Shown here one piece after another: positions 1 through 9,433 of a stretch of DNA of 64,000 nt. The position numbers and the translations under genes were made by a program. Below the pieces are notes generated by a model that worked only from the letters and a program-made list of their open reading frames with translations, was not told where the DNA came from and did no database searches. Origin of the DNA: a virus (Duplodnaviria > Caudoviricetes); IMG/VR virus record IMGVR_UViG_2934384730_000002, positions 1 to 64,000 of that record; one strand, given 5' to 3'. Position 1 is the stretch's first letter; each line of letters opens with the position of its first letter.

Positions 1-681
1 TCAGGTCCGTTGACGCGCGGCCACGTTGGCGAACTCGACCTCCAGGCGCTCCGCGCCGTACGCCGCCCACTCCGCCTCCAGGTCCGCAGGCTCGACGTCG
101 TAGAGCTCGACCACGAGCCGCGCCGCCGTCGTCCAGCGGGCTTCCCGAGTGCCGTACTCCACCATCTCCAGCGCTCGCCCCGGGACCGGCCGGCGCGTCG
201 CCGGGTCGTGGACGGTCCCCGCCACGCCCCACGCCGGCGCCGACCCGACCCATGCCGCTACCCACCGCCCGCGCTGGAGCGCGCGGCACAGCTGCACGGA
301 AATCGCGGAACATGGCACGCACACCGGCGGGCTCGCCGTCCGCTCCCCTGCCCGGATCGGCCCGCCGCTGTCCCGCATGAGGTACAGCGTCGCGCCGTCC
401 CGGGTCGCCGCCGGCCGCGTGCACACCTGGCACAGCGCGTTCGCCATCACCCGTCTCTGACGGTAAGGGTGGATCTCCTGGAGACGAGGGGTACGGCGAC
501 GCTGAGCGGGGAGCAGTCGAGGCCGCACCCACAGGGCCCCGAAGCCATCGCGGTCATAGGGTGTCTCGTCCTCGTACACCAGGCCAGCGCCGCCGGCCCG
601 AAGCGGCACCGGCAGGAGCCCTTCCTCGGCAAACGCCGTCACGTAGGGCACGACATGAGCAGGAGCGAGCGGTAACAGCAC
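1..681 (-). CDS. Hypothetical Streptomyces protein with CxxC pairs
   Basis: GGAGG RBS before GTG at 681; HPYRQRR..LCQVC and PPVCVPC motifs. Confidence 0.65.
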   Translation of the reverse strand: MLLPLAPAHVVPYVTAFAEEGLLPVPLRAGGAGLVYEDETPYDRDGFGALWVRPRLLPAQRRRTPRLQEIHPYRQRRVMANALCQVCTRPAATRDGATLYLMRDSGGPIRAGERTASPPVCVPCSAISVQLCRALQRGRWVAAWVGSAPAWGVAGTVHDPATRRPVPGRALEMVEYGTREARWTTAARLVVELYDVEPADLEAEWAAYGAERLEVEFANVAARQRT

Positions 682-821
682 GATGCCTCCAGGGCACGGA
701 GCGGGGCCCCCGGCCACGCCGGTCGAGCGCGGACGGGCGCCTACGAACGGGTAGAGAGCCCGCCCCCCTCGTCGGCGGAAGGGGGGCGGGCGGCTTAGCC
801 GGGGCCTATCAGCCGTTCCCC

Positions 822-908
822 TCACGGTGCCCGGCCGATCCCCACGACGAGGAGCACCAGGAGCAGCGCGAGCGTTCCGAGGTAGACCAGCTCTGCACGG
901 CGGACCAC
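822..908 (-). CDS. 28-aa hydrophobic membrane peptide
   Basis: AGGAG RBS, GTG start; MVRRAELVYLGTLALLLVLLVVGIGRAP; below the ORF-track cutoff. Confidence 0.5.
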   Translation of the reverse strand: MVRRAELVYLGTLALLLVLLVVGIGRAP

Positions 909-1057
909 GGGTTCACTCCTCCGTCAGGCTGTAGGTGGTGGGGCGCGCCGGCCGTCGGCGCTGCTGGTCGGGGCAGCGGGGGCGGAGCAGGACGAGGCCT
1001 CCCGCACCGGTTGCCCCGTCGACCGGGTACACCTCGGCCTCGCCGAGCGTGGGGGGG

Positions 1058-1510
1058 TTATCGCATCGAGCGCACAGCACGCGCGGCCTCCTCCCGGGCC
1101 CGCACGCGGCCCTTCACGGCCAGCCATGCGACGTCGGGCACGCGGCACCGCGACTCCGCCGACGGAGGCGTGGTGACCCAGTACGCGCCATCTCCGGGCG
1201 CCAGCTGGTGCGCGCCGGGGAGGTCCAGCTCGTCCCCCCGGTAGAGACCGACGTCGTCCAGCGGGAGCGGCGGCGCCCCTGGGGGGACGATCGCGAAGTA
1301 CCGCCCGGCCTCCCAGTAGGCCGGGCCATCGAGGCTGACGCCGAGCAGGCAGGCCACCTCGTCCGGGTTCGCCGTCCCGACGGCCGCGTGGACGATCCTC
1401 TCCGGCAGGCTGAGCGCAGCGAATCCCGGCCGGCGCGGGCCGGCCCCGGCCGCCACGGTGGCCGCCAGCCACCGCCCGACGATCTTCGTGCGCGGGGCCG
1501 TCCCTGTCAC
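1058..1510 (-). CDS. Hypothetical protein
   Basis: GTGA coupling to upstream gene; YFAIVPPG and YWVTTPP motifs. Confidence 0.6.
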   Translation of the reverse strand: MTGTAPRTKIVGRWLAATVAAGAGPRRPGFAALSLPERIVHAAVGTANPDEVACLLGVSLDGPAYWEAGRYFAIVPPGAPPLPLDDVGLYRGDELDLPGAHQLAPGDGAYWVTTPPSAESRCRVPDVAWLAVKGRVRAREEAARAVRSMR

Positions 1511-1734
1511 GACGCCCCCTCCGAAGCAAGCGCCTTGGCTGCCACCGTCGCGCAGGCGCCCGCGCACGCACGGGGAAACCAGCGGGCGTAGGGCATGTCC
1601 GGGTACGGGCGTGCACCGAGGTCCACCCCGGACGCGCAGGCGAGCGGCGTCGCGCAGCACACGCAGGCCGACCCGCTGAGCTGCCTCTCAGACAGATCCT
1701 CGACAGGGGGCAGCGCCCCCGTGGTCCCGGTCAT
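1507..1734 (-). CDS. Small Cys-rich putative Zn-binding protein
   Basis: CVCC...CAGAC; ATGA coupling. Confidence 0.65.
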   Translation of the reverse strand: MTGTTGALPPVEDLSERQLSGSACVCCATPLACASGVDLGARPYPDMPYARWFPRACAGACATVAAKALASEGAS

Positions 1735-2120
1735 CCGACGACCGCCGGAGACAGCTCAGCCTCGTGGAGAGCCGCAGCAAGCTCCGTAGCGGCCACCGCC
1801 AGCACGCCGCGCCGCGGGGCGATAAGCCAGTACGGGCCGGGCGGCGTCTGACGGCCCCTCGGGGGCAACGGCATCAACCGGTCCACGGTGACCATCGACG
1901 GTGGCAGCACGCGCAGAGGCGCGGCATCGGCCACGAAGAAGGCCAGCTCGGCTCGCTCCGGGTCCACGATCACGCTCCCCGGCCGGCCGAGGCGAGCGAG
2001 CGCCTGGAGGCCCGCGAAGCGCGGCACCACCACAACATGCATTGCCATCATCGTCACGAGCGTGCGCCCAGCCATACGGTCCTCGTCTCGTCGGGTGACG
2101 GGAACCGTAGGAGCGCGCAC
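1731..2120 (-). CDS. Hypothetical protein
   Basis: Coupled operon; PPGPYWLIAP motif similar to 1058..1510. Confidence 0.55.
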   Translation of the reverse strand: MRAPTVPVTRRDEDRMAGRTLVTMMAMHVVVVPRFAGLQALARLGRPGSVIVDPERAELAFFVADAAPLRVLPPSMVTVDRLMPLPPRGRQTPPGPYWLIAPRRGVLAVAATELAAALHEAELSPAVVG

Positions 2121-2163
2121 CGGCCGCCACCCGAACTCCTTGTTCGGGGTGCCGCAGCCGGGG

Positions 2164-3354
2164 TCAGATCACGCCCAACCGCTGCGCGAGAGCCTCGACC
2201 TGCGGCCGGTAGGTGGGCCGCGCCCGGTCCAGAAGGCCGGTGACCACGGTGGTTGCGGGGGCGCTGCGGACCATGTCCTCCGGGCTGATGCGTTCCAGCT
2301 CCAGTAGGTGCACGAGGACGGCCGCGTCCTCACGACGCAGGTGGTAGCCGCGCGCCATATCGAGTACGAAGGTGAACTGCCGCTCCCGTGACGGCAGCGC
2401 GCTCACGTGCACCTTGTCCGCGAGCCGCAGCCCCCGAGACCCCTCGCCGGCCAGAATCTCCAGGCTGAGGGCGTGCAGGTAAGCGTTCGTCGGGCCGAAC
2501 ACGGTACGCATCACGTTGCCCTCCCCAACCGCACCGGCCAGCCGGAAAACGCGATCCTCAAGACGGGCTCGGGCTTCCCACCACCGCCGTTGCTGGGCGT
2601 CTGCGGTGACGTGGACCAGCTCCAGCGCGCCCACCATCGCTGTCCGTTCCGCTCCGGACGGGGCGCCGTCCAGAGCGCGCACACCCTCACGCGCCACCTC
2701 GGCAGCCGCCGCCGCGCCGTCCTCCTGTGAAAGGAGGCAGTGTCCGAAGTTCCACGCCGCAGCGGCCATGCGAATCGGATCGTCGGCGTCCTCAGCAGCC
2801 CGGCGGGACCGGTCCGCTACGAGGAGCGCCAGGTCGAGGCGCCCCGCCCGCCGGCAGTAGGACCGCAGAAGCCCGTACAGGTCTGCTGCGGACCGCAGGA
2901 CCTCACGCCGGTCCGCAGCGTCACCCGTCCCCCGGACCGTCGCCTCCACATCGAGCACCAGCCCGCCCAGCAGTGGTTCAGCCTCGGTGAACCGCGCCGC
3001 GCTGCTCTGCCAGATCCGCCAAGCCGACTCCACGCGATCACGCAGCTCCCCCGGCGACCGCACCCGTCCTCCCGTAGCGCCCCCGAGGAGAGCGCGCACT
3101 ACGTCGCGGTCAGCGGTCAGCGTTGTCGGGCGGGACCGGGGCGCCTCGTCGGACAGGAGCGCGGCCACAGACACGGCCAGTTCCTCGGCCAGCTGCACCA
3201 GCAAGTCCGGCGACGGCGTTCGATGGCCGTTCTCGATCAGCGAGAGGTACCGCTCCGTCACACCGCAGAGCCCTGCCACAACGGCCTGACTCCGTCCGGT
3301 CATCCTTCGGTATCGGCGGATGCGCGCGCCGACCCCGGGCAAAGGTGTTCCCAT
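2164..3354 (-). CDS. XRE-family HTH regulator with helical (TPR-like) C-terminus
   Basis: RIRRYRRMTGRSQAVVAGLCGVTERYLSLIENGHRTPS. Confidence 0.85.
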   Translation of the reverse strand: MGTPLPGVGARIRRYRRMTGRSQAVVAGLCGVTERYLSLIENGHRTPSPDLLVQLAEELAVSVAALLSDEAPRSRPTTLTADRDVVRALLGGATGGRVRSPGELRDRVESAWRIWQSSAARFTEAEPLLGGLVLDVEATVRGTGDAADRREVLRSAADLYGLLRSYCRRAGRLDLALLVADRSRRAAEDADDPIRMAAAAWNFGHCLLSQEDGAAAAAEVAREGVRALDGAPSGAERTAMVGALELVHVTADAQQRRWWEARARLEDRVFRLAGAVGEGNVMRTVFGPTNAYLHALSLEILAGEGSRGLRLADKVHVSALPSRERQFTFVLDMARGYHLRREDAAVLVHLLELERISPEDMVRSAPATTVVTGLLDRARPTYRPQVEALAQRLGVI

Positions 3355-3433
3355 CGCCCCTTTCCCTCCCTACGGGGCCACTAGCGTAGAGCGACGCACG
3401 TCACACCGAGGGCGAACCGCCGAAGGAGGCGAC

Positions 3434-4105
3434 ATGACCCTGGTCCTGTGGGACATCGACCACACCCTGATTGACACGCGGGGCGTCGGCCGCGAACTCT
3501 CCGCCCGCGCTTTCAGGGAAACGACCGGCCTGGAGATGCAGGACCAGGCAGCCATCGACGGCATCACCGAGGCCGTGATCTTCCGCGAGACTGCACAGCT
3601 TCACGGCCTCAACCCGAGCCGACCCGACTTTGAACGGTTCGCTACCGCGCTGGAGGAGCAGCACATCGAGCACGCCGCCCACCTACGCGAACGCGGGCAC
3701 GCCCTGCCCGGCGCCGCAGCCCTCCTCGACGCACTCGCCGACATCGGCGTACGACAGACCGCAGTCACGGGCAACGTCCGCGCCGTCGCACGCATCAAAC
3801 TGGAGGTCTTCGGCCTGGACCGGCACATCGAATGGGACCACGGAGCCTACGGAGAAGACGCCGACCTCCGCCCCGATCTGGTGGCCATGGCTCTGCGCAG
3901 GGCCGGAGCAGCCGCCCATGAAACCGTGCTCATCGGCGACACCCCCGCCGACGTGGAAGGTGGCCTCGCCCACGGTGTGCACGTCATCGCTGTGGCCACC
4001 GGCCGGTCAACGGCCGCAGAACTGCGCGCGGTCGGCGCTCACGTCGTCTTCACGGACCTGACGGACACGGAGGCGGTCCGAACCGCGGTGCAGGCGGTCG
4101 GCTGA
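3434..4105 (+). CDS. HAD-superfamily hydrolase
   Basis: LVLWDIDHTL motif I, VTGN, IGDTPADV; AGGAGG RBS. Confidence 0.9.
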   Translation: MTLVLWDIDHTLIDTRGVGRELSARAFRETTGLEMQDQAAIDGITEAVIFRETAQLHGLNPSRPDFERFATALEEQHIEHAAHLRERGHALPGAAALLDALADIGVRQTAVTGNVRAVARIKLEVFGLDRHIEWDHGAYGEDADLRPDLVAMALRRAGAAAHETVLIGDTPADVEGGLAHGVHVIAVATGRSTAAELRAVGAHVVFTDLTDTEAVRTAVQAVG

Positions 4106-4135
4106 GGCCGCAGGCCGTCCGGCCGTACCGAGCAC

Positions 4136-4169
4136 GAGTGCCCCGCCTGCCGAAGCAGGCGGGGCACTC
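4136..4169 (+). terminator. Stem-loop terminator after HAD gene
   Basis: 15-bp inverted repeat GAGTGCCCCGCCTGC with CGAA loop. Confidence 0.7.
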
Positions 4170-4384
4170 ACCCACCAACGCGCTCCGAGTAGCAACCGAA
4201 GCAAGGGACACCCACAACGGTAGACCACCGAAGGGAGTGCAAAGCGGTCATCGGCCGCCGGCCTCCGGCACACCACGAAGGGCGGTTCTGGCCTCATCGA
4301 CCGCACGCCACCACCCTCGACTGCTACACCAGGAAGCCCACCACCCCGACGGCCAACCGTCCCGAACCAGTTGGAGAGCAACCC

Positions 4385-4729
4385 GTGACGAAGTTCCCCG
4401 AGGGCATCCTCGGCACGATCAAGATGGCGCTGGCGTTCGACCTGCACCAGCGGTACCGGACTTCCCGCCCCGGCCACTTCAGCGGGACAGAACTCGCCGT
4501 CGATGTCGTAAAGGCCCTCAAGTGGGTCCACGCTGAAGACCCCGACCGGGCCGACATCATCGTCAGGAACGCCTTTCAACTTGCCTCCGAGCTCAAGCCC
4601 CACCCCGTGCCCTTTGCGGCCTCAGCGGAGTGCGTCGTGACCTCACTGACCCAGAGCAGCCACCCATACGGGCGATGGTCGTGGGACCAGAGCCGAGAGT
4701 TCGTGGAGCGGTGCCTCAACGGCATGTAG
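4385..4729 (+). CDS. Hypothetical protein
   Basis: GGAG RBS, globular-looking 114-aa ORF. Confidence 0.55.
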   Translation: MTKFPEGILGTIKMALAFDLHQRYRTSRPGHFSGTELAVDVVKALKWVHAEDPDRADIIVRNAFQLASELKPHPVPFAASAECVVTSLTQSSHPYGRWSWDQSREFVERCLNGM

Positions 4730-4817
4730 AGGCAGGCCCTTCAAGTGGGCCGCCGCGTAGCGACCGGCGGGTGGAGTTGGTGATCTGCCTTGGTCCACCG
4801 CCCCGCCCGCCCCGGGG

Positions 4818-5432
4818 CTACTCGTTGACCACCCCGGGATGCGGTGCCGCCCCCTCACCCTCCAGGCGCTCCCTCTCGATCGCGGCGAGTGCCATGCCGA
4901 ACGGCACACCGTAGAAGTACTCCCGGAACTCTCTGTCCACCCAACCCTCTTTCCTTAGGGGGTTGAGCCGGGCCAAGACGCGGTGCTCCCACTGCTTGGT
5001 CGCCATTCTCGTCGCGCAGGGCTCCGACGCCCAGGCATCGACCAGGAAGCAGCGGTGCACCGCGGCAGCATGCAAATGCCGGGTAACCCGCTCGTGTAGC
5101 GCGGATGGTTTGCGGCCTTCGACCATGCCGACCTTGATGTACGGGGCTGTCCCTTCGAACGCCAGCAAGTACAGCCGCCCGCCGGTCTCCTCGGGCTGCT
5201 CGTCGCCGATCCCGTCCAACCGCAGATCACTCAAGGCCCCCAGCCTGACCACCTTGATGTCGTGCCTCTTGTACTCGGGCACGGTGTTCTTCTCGGCGGC
5301 GTCGATACGTGCGCGGGTGATCACGCCCTGAGAGTGCTCACGCTCGGCGAGCGTAGGGGGGTTGGACAGGTCGAGGCCGGCGCACGCCTCGCAGTCGCAC
5401 TCTCCGAAAGGTCCGCTCATGGGGGCCAGCAT
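4818..5432 (-). CDS. GIY-YIG/T5orf172-like nuclease-domain protein
   Basis: GRLYLL..YIKVG..R..R..E..REYF pattern. Confidence 0.6.
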   Translation of the reverse strand: MLAPMSGPFGECDCEACAGLDLSNPPTLAEREHSQGVITRARIDAAEKNTVPEYKRHDIKVVRLGALSDLRLDGIGDEQPEETGGRLYLLAFEGTAPYIKVGMVEGRKPSALHERVTRHLHAAAVHRCFLVDAWASEPCATRMATKQWEHRVLARLNPLRKEGWVDREFREYFYGVPFGMALAAIERERLEGEGAAPHPGVVNE

Positions 5433-5532
5433 GCCCGGGGAACACTGCGGCGTGAAGGAGCGCCCGCTCCCCGGGGCAGGTGGGGAGCGGGCGCTCGGTC
5501 GGGAGGAGGGACAGCGGGGACACCCGCCGGGG

Positions 5533-6042
5533 TCAGCCGCCCTCGTGACTGTCTCCGGCGCTGTCTCTGGTGTCCCCGCTGGTCAGGTCGGACGTGTCTC
5601 CGGGGGCGGTGGGGCCGTCCCCGGGGTTGTCCTGCTCGGTGTCGCCGGGGACAGAGTGCCTGTCTCCCCGCGCGTCCCCACCGGGGACAACCGTCCCCGG
5701 GCAGAGCAGCGCCAGGCGCTCGTTCGCCCGGTCGACTGCGTCCCGCAGGCTCCCCCCGGAGTTGGGGTACAGCTCGTGCTTGATCCTCTGGAGGTCGGCC
5801 TCGACCCCGCCCATCCGGTCCTCCAGGCCGCCCATGCGCTCCATCACGCCGGGCCGCGCCGGGACGCCCGCGCGGGAAGGCTCGCCCTGCCAGTCGTCTA
5901 TGAACTGGTCGACACGGCGGCCGAGACGGACCCCGCCGCGGATGCCGCGCCACGCGATGGTGACCAGCCCCAGCGTGAGGGAGACCGCCCCGCCCCACAC
6001 GAGGACCGTGTCCACGGCAGGGATGCCCGTCTCAGCCGCCAC
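5533..6042 (-). CDS. Lysis-module membrane protein (DUF2746-like)
   Basis: N-terminal TM, coiled coil, PNSGGSLRDAVDR. Confidence 0.7.
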   Translation of the reverse strand: MAAETGIPAVDTVLVWGGAVSLTLGLVTIAWRGIRGGVRLGRRVDQFIDDWQGEPSRAGVPARPGVMERMGGLEDRMGGVEADLQRIKHELYPNSGGSLRDAVDRANERLALLCPGTVVPGGDARGDRHSVPGDTEQDNPGDGPTAPGDTSDLTSGDTRDSAGDSHEGG

Positions 6043-6045
6043 CCG

Positions 6046-6303
6046 TCACCCCTCCTGGCCGGAGCCGAGCTCCGGGCGCGGGGTGTGCGGGGCCATCCAT
6101 CCGCCGATGGCGGCGCCGGCCGCCGGAAGGATCGCGAGGACGAACGGCTCCAGCCAGTCCGCGAGCGCGTCGAGGAGGACGGGCTCGCCCTGGACGGCGT
6201 TGACGATCGAGAGGCCGGCGACGCCGACGAGGTACGTGAGCGCGGACGACGCCTTCACCTTCTTCTCGACGGGCCCGGCCGGGGTCGTGGTGGTGTGTGC
6301 CAT
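6046..6303 (-). CDS. Holin
   Basis: Two TM helices, PVEKKV..GWMAPHTPR, directly after endolysin. Confidence 0.8.
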   Translation of the reverse strand: MAHTTTTPAGPVEKKVKASSALTYLVGVAGLSIVNAVQGEPVLLDALADWLEPFVLAILPAAGAAIGGWMAPHTPRPELGSGQEG

Positions 6304-6317
6304 GGGGGTCTCCTTCA

Positions 6318-7241
6318 TCAGTCGATCACGTCGAATCCGTGCTTCGCGCCGAGGCGCTTGAGGGAGTCGCGGCCGGGGATGCCGTCCGCCGCCTGCCCGG
6401 GCCTCCGCCCCCGGTAGCCGAGCCGTTCCTGCCACAGGCTCGTCGCCTCGACGGTGGTGGTGCCGTAGTGGCCGTCGCAGTAGCGCTTCGCGAGCAGCCC
6501 TTCATCGACTAGGGCGGCCTCGTACGTGCGGACGCCGTCGTAGGTGACCGGCTGGCCCTGCGCCTTCGGGTTGGAGCGGGCGGCGGCCACGAGCCGCGAC
6601 AGCGACACCTTCGGCCGCGTCGGCGCCGGCAGCGGCTTGCCCGGCGCGGGCCCACCGAGACGGCCGCCGACACGGGCGCGCATCGAGTCCATGGTGAACC
6701 CGCGCGGGTCCACCTTCCCGGGCTGCCACTCCAGGTGGCCGATCACCGAGCGCTCGTTCCACCCGTGGTGCATGCAGATCGCCGCAGACACCCGCTCGAT
6801 CGCCTCCAACTGGGCGTCCGTCCACGGGTCCTTGCCGTCGCCCAGGTTCTCGCACTCGAACCCGTAGAAGCGGGCGTTGCCATCCACGTCCGCCGCCCGG
6901 TCCGCGGGGAGGTCCCGCTCCGCGATGACCGCGGCCAGGACGTTGCTGTCCCCCAGCCCGGCATGGTTGGCGCGGCCGTAGCCCACGAGGTGGACCCGGC
7001 CGTCCTTCGTGATCACCCCGTGGCACAGCGGCCCCGGCAGCCCGGTGTACCCGTCCCTGCACAGCTCGACCGTGCGGGCCGAGCCCGAGGTGACGGTGTG
7101 GTGGATCATCACCCCGTTGACCGGCCCCCACGGGCCCTTGCCGTTGCGGTTGCGGGTGCGCCAGCCGGGCACCTCTACGACCTCGACGCCCTCCGCGACG
7201 AGACGGGCGAGGAGTTGAGCAGCAGTCATGGGCGGTGCCAT
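6318..7241 (-). CDS. Endolysin, N-acetylmuramoyl-L-alanine amidase with peptidoglycan-binding C-terminus
   Basis: VMIHHT, ANHAG, GFECEN, IGHLEW..KVDP; DGHYG/ADGIPG. Confidence 0.92.
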   Translation of the reverse strand: MAPPMTAAQLLARLVAEGVEVVEVPGWRTRNRNGKGPWGPVNGVMIHHTVTSGSARTVELCRDGYTGLPGPLCHGVITKDGRVHLVGYGRANHAGLGDSNVLAAVIAERDLPADRAADVDGNARFYGFECENLGDGKDPWTDAQLEAIERVSAAICMHHGWNERSVIGHLEWQPGKVDPRGFTMDSMRARVGGRLGGPAPGKPLPAPTRPKVSLSRLVAAARSNPKAQGQPVTYDGVRTYEAALVDEGLLAKRYCDGHYGTTTVEATSLWQERLGYRGRRPGQAADGIPGRDSLKRLGAKHGFDVID

Positions 7242-7311
7242 GCGAACCTCCGTGGGAAGGCAGGGGCGGAAGGGGCAGCGGTGGCCGGGCATGCGCTCGG
7301 CGGCCGACGGG

Positions 7312-7830
7312 TCATGCCGCGGACTGGTGGATGACGAGCTTGAACTCCGCCAGGACCACCGCCGTCGGGTTGGGGGCGTCGTGAGCGACGCGGAGCGCGA
7401 GCGGGGTGTCCGGCCGGACGAAGATGCCGTGCCCGCCCTTGACCCAGCACTGCATGCCGATGGACGGGGGCCGGTGCTCCGTCGCCGTGGTGTCCACGGG
7501 CGTCGGGGAGCCGAGGGACAGCGGGTCACGCACGTACTGGTCCCGCAGCTCGACGTAGTCCCCCGACTCCCACTGCACCATCGCGTGCAGCTCGCCCCAC
7601 CCGCCCATGGCGGGCCAGATCAGGCCGGACCGCTGGTCCGTGTCCCACGAGGTGATCGTGTACCCGTCCGGCTGCTGTACCTGGTGCATCTCCCACCGGT
7701 CGTACGACTCCCGGGTTCCGAAGGGAAACCGCACGATGTGGTAGCCGCCCGAGGGGATGACCTGCGGGGTGTCCCGCTTGAGCGAGCACACAAGAACGCC
7801 GCTGGTGTGCAAGTGGGCATCGGTGGCCAA
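7312..7830 (-). CDS. Minor tail/fibre-associated protein, paralog of 9434..10039
   Basis: GGGAG RBS then TTG; shares YHIVRFP..ESYD..RSGLIWP..LAEFKL. Confidence 0.7.
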   Translation of the reverse strand: MATDAHLHTSGVLVCSLKRDTPQVIPSGGYHIVRFPFGTRESYDRWEMHQVQQPDGYTITSWDTDQRSGLIWPAMGGWGELHAMVQWESGDYVELRDQYVRDPLSLGSPTPVDTTATEHRPPSIGMQCWVKGGHGIFVRPDTPLALRVAHDAPNPTAVVLAEFKLVIHQSAA

Positions 7831-7858
7831 GACAACTCCCGTAAGGGGTAGTTCCTCG

Positions 7859-7893
7859 GCCCGGCCCACAACCAGCGGCGTCCCCAGAGTGTA
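7859..7893 (-). promoter_or_regulatory. Late leader motif copy 1 (7859-7876) with -10 TACACT
   Basis: GCTGGTTGTGGGCCGGGC 11 nt after TACACT. Confidence 0.8.
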
Positions 7894-7899
7894 GGGCCT

Positions 7900-8262
7900 C
7901 TACTGCGGCCCGGCGTCGGACTCGGGTTCGACGTCCGGCCCGGTGTAGCCCGACATGCGGCGCGCGGTGTCCTCCGGCACCCCCGCCGCCCTCAGCGCCA
8001 GGTAGTCCGTGCGCGTCCGCTCCTCGTCGGCGGCGGCCCGCTCCGCCCGCTTCCGCTCCCGCTCGGCCTCCAGCTCCGCCAGGCGCTCGGCGTACTCCTC
8101 TTCCGACACCAGCCGGCCCGGCTTACCGAGGACCGGCTCCTCCCCGTTCGTCACCACGATCCGGCCCGTCGACCCGTCGTCGTAAATAGCCCAGTAGGCC
8201 ACCGGCTCCCCGGCCACCTCGGCCCCGCTCACCGTCACGCCACCCATCTCGTTCTCCTTCAC
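7900..8262 (-). CDS. Tail fibre assembly-like small protein
   Basis: Coupled to fibre gene, coiled coil. Confidence 0.65.
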   Translation of the reverse strand: MKENEMGGVTVSGAEVAGEPVAYWAIYDDGSTGRIVVTNGEEPVLGKPGRLVSEEEYAERLAELEAERERKRAERAAADEERTRTDYLALRAAGVPEDTARRMSGYTGPDVEPESDAGPQ

Positions 8263-9383
8263 TGGCTGATCAGCAGGGCTCGGATGAACACCTGAATCCT
8301 GTTGTAGGTCGCCCCGCCGACGCCCCGGGAGAGGCGGACGGGAAAGTTCACAGTGGCCGTGGCGCCCGGCGCGAGCGCCAACGTGTGCTGGTAGAGCTTC
8401 GTGGTCTGGACGTGCGTGTCCTGAATCGCCGTCGTCCCGGTGTTGCGGAGGTACATCATTTCGTCGGTGTCCTGCGCGTACCCGGCGCCGGCCCCCACCG
8501 GGAGGTCAAAGTCGACGTCGGCCTCGCGCTCGACCAGGACCAGGGCGGGGAGGCACGGGTCCGGGTTGGTGACCTCCAGCGTGAACGGGGTATCCACGTC
8601 GGTCGGCGTGGTACCGGTCGGCACCTCCAGGTCCGGGTAGTCCCGGGTCTCGCTGTACGACACGAACGACACCTGGCCGCGCGGCTCGCCCCTCAGGACC
8701 CCGTCCGCGTCACACGTCACCACGGTCCCGGCATCCTCCGGCGGGCAGGCGTACGGCCACGCCGCCGTCGCCACCGCCAGCGGCGCCCCGGCCGTACCGT
8801 CCCCCGTCAGGCCGCACCCGGTCACGGGCGGCTCCGCGCTCACCACGTACGGGTCCGCGGCGGTCCCGGCCCCGGTCACCGAGACCCCGTCGCCGCCCTC
8901 CACCGACGTCGCGACGCCTTCGCCGCCGGCGGAGTTCACCACGTACGGGTCGGCGGCCGTACCGTCGCCGGTCACCGTGACGTTCGTGCCCGCCTCGACC
9001 ACGGTCCGTTCCGCGCCGATCACCCCGGTGTCCGGGTCGTACGTCGCCCCCGGGCCGGCGGAGAGGCACGGCCGGACGTCGTCGCAGGACACCGGGGCCG
9101 CGGCGACCACGTACGGGTCGGCGGGCGTGCCGTCGCCGGTGACGGTGACCCGGTCCCCGGCCTCGACCACGGTCGGCTCCGCGCCGATCACGCCGGTGGC
9201 CGGGTCGTACGTCGCCCCCGGCCCGGCGGACAGGCAGGGGCGGACGTCATCGCAGGAGACGGGCACCACGCCCGCCTCCACCACGTAGGGGGCGCCCGCC
9301 GAACCGTTGCCCGTGACGGTGACGCCCGGGCCGGCGGTGACGAGACAGGTGCAGCGGGAGCCGCCGCAGCCGAATTGAGCCAT
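8259..9383 (-). CDS. Tail fibre-like protein with internal repeats
   Basis: VTVTGDGTxADPYVV repeats; duplicated block starting VSCDDVRPCLSAGPGATYDP. Confidence 0.75.
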   Translation of the reverse strand: MAQFGCGGSRCTCLVTAGPGVTVTGNGSAGAPYVVEAGVVPVSCDDVRPCLSAGPGATYDPATGVIGAEPTVVEAGDRVTVTGDGTPADPYVVAAAPVSCDDVRPCLSAGPGATYDPDTGVIGAERTVVEAGTNVTVTGDGTAADPYVVNSAGGEGVATSVEGGDGVSVTGAGTAADPYVVSAEPPVTGCGLTGDGTAGAPLAVATAAWPYACPPEDAGTVVTCDADGVLRGEPRGQVSFVSYSETRDYPDLEVPTGTTPTDVDTPFTLEVTNPDPCLPALVLVEREADVDFDLPVGAGAGYAQDTDEMMYLRNTGTTAIQDTHVQTTKLYQHTLALAPGATATVNFPVRLSRGVGGATYNRIQVFIRALLISQ

Positions 9384-9433
9384 GAGATCGCTCCAGGTGA
9401 GGAGGAGCCAGGCGCACGCCCGGCCCGAAGAGG

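Noticed and set aside
1-5500. Prophage attachment site/integrase at the left end
   Set aside because: No integrase, tRNA or identifiable att repeat; boundary cannot be set from this window
9417-9431. Possible tenth leader motif (GCCCGGCCCGAAG) upstream of the fibre gene
   Set aside because: Only the GC-rich half matches; AACCAGC and a -10 box are missing
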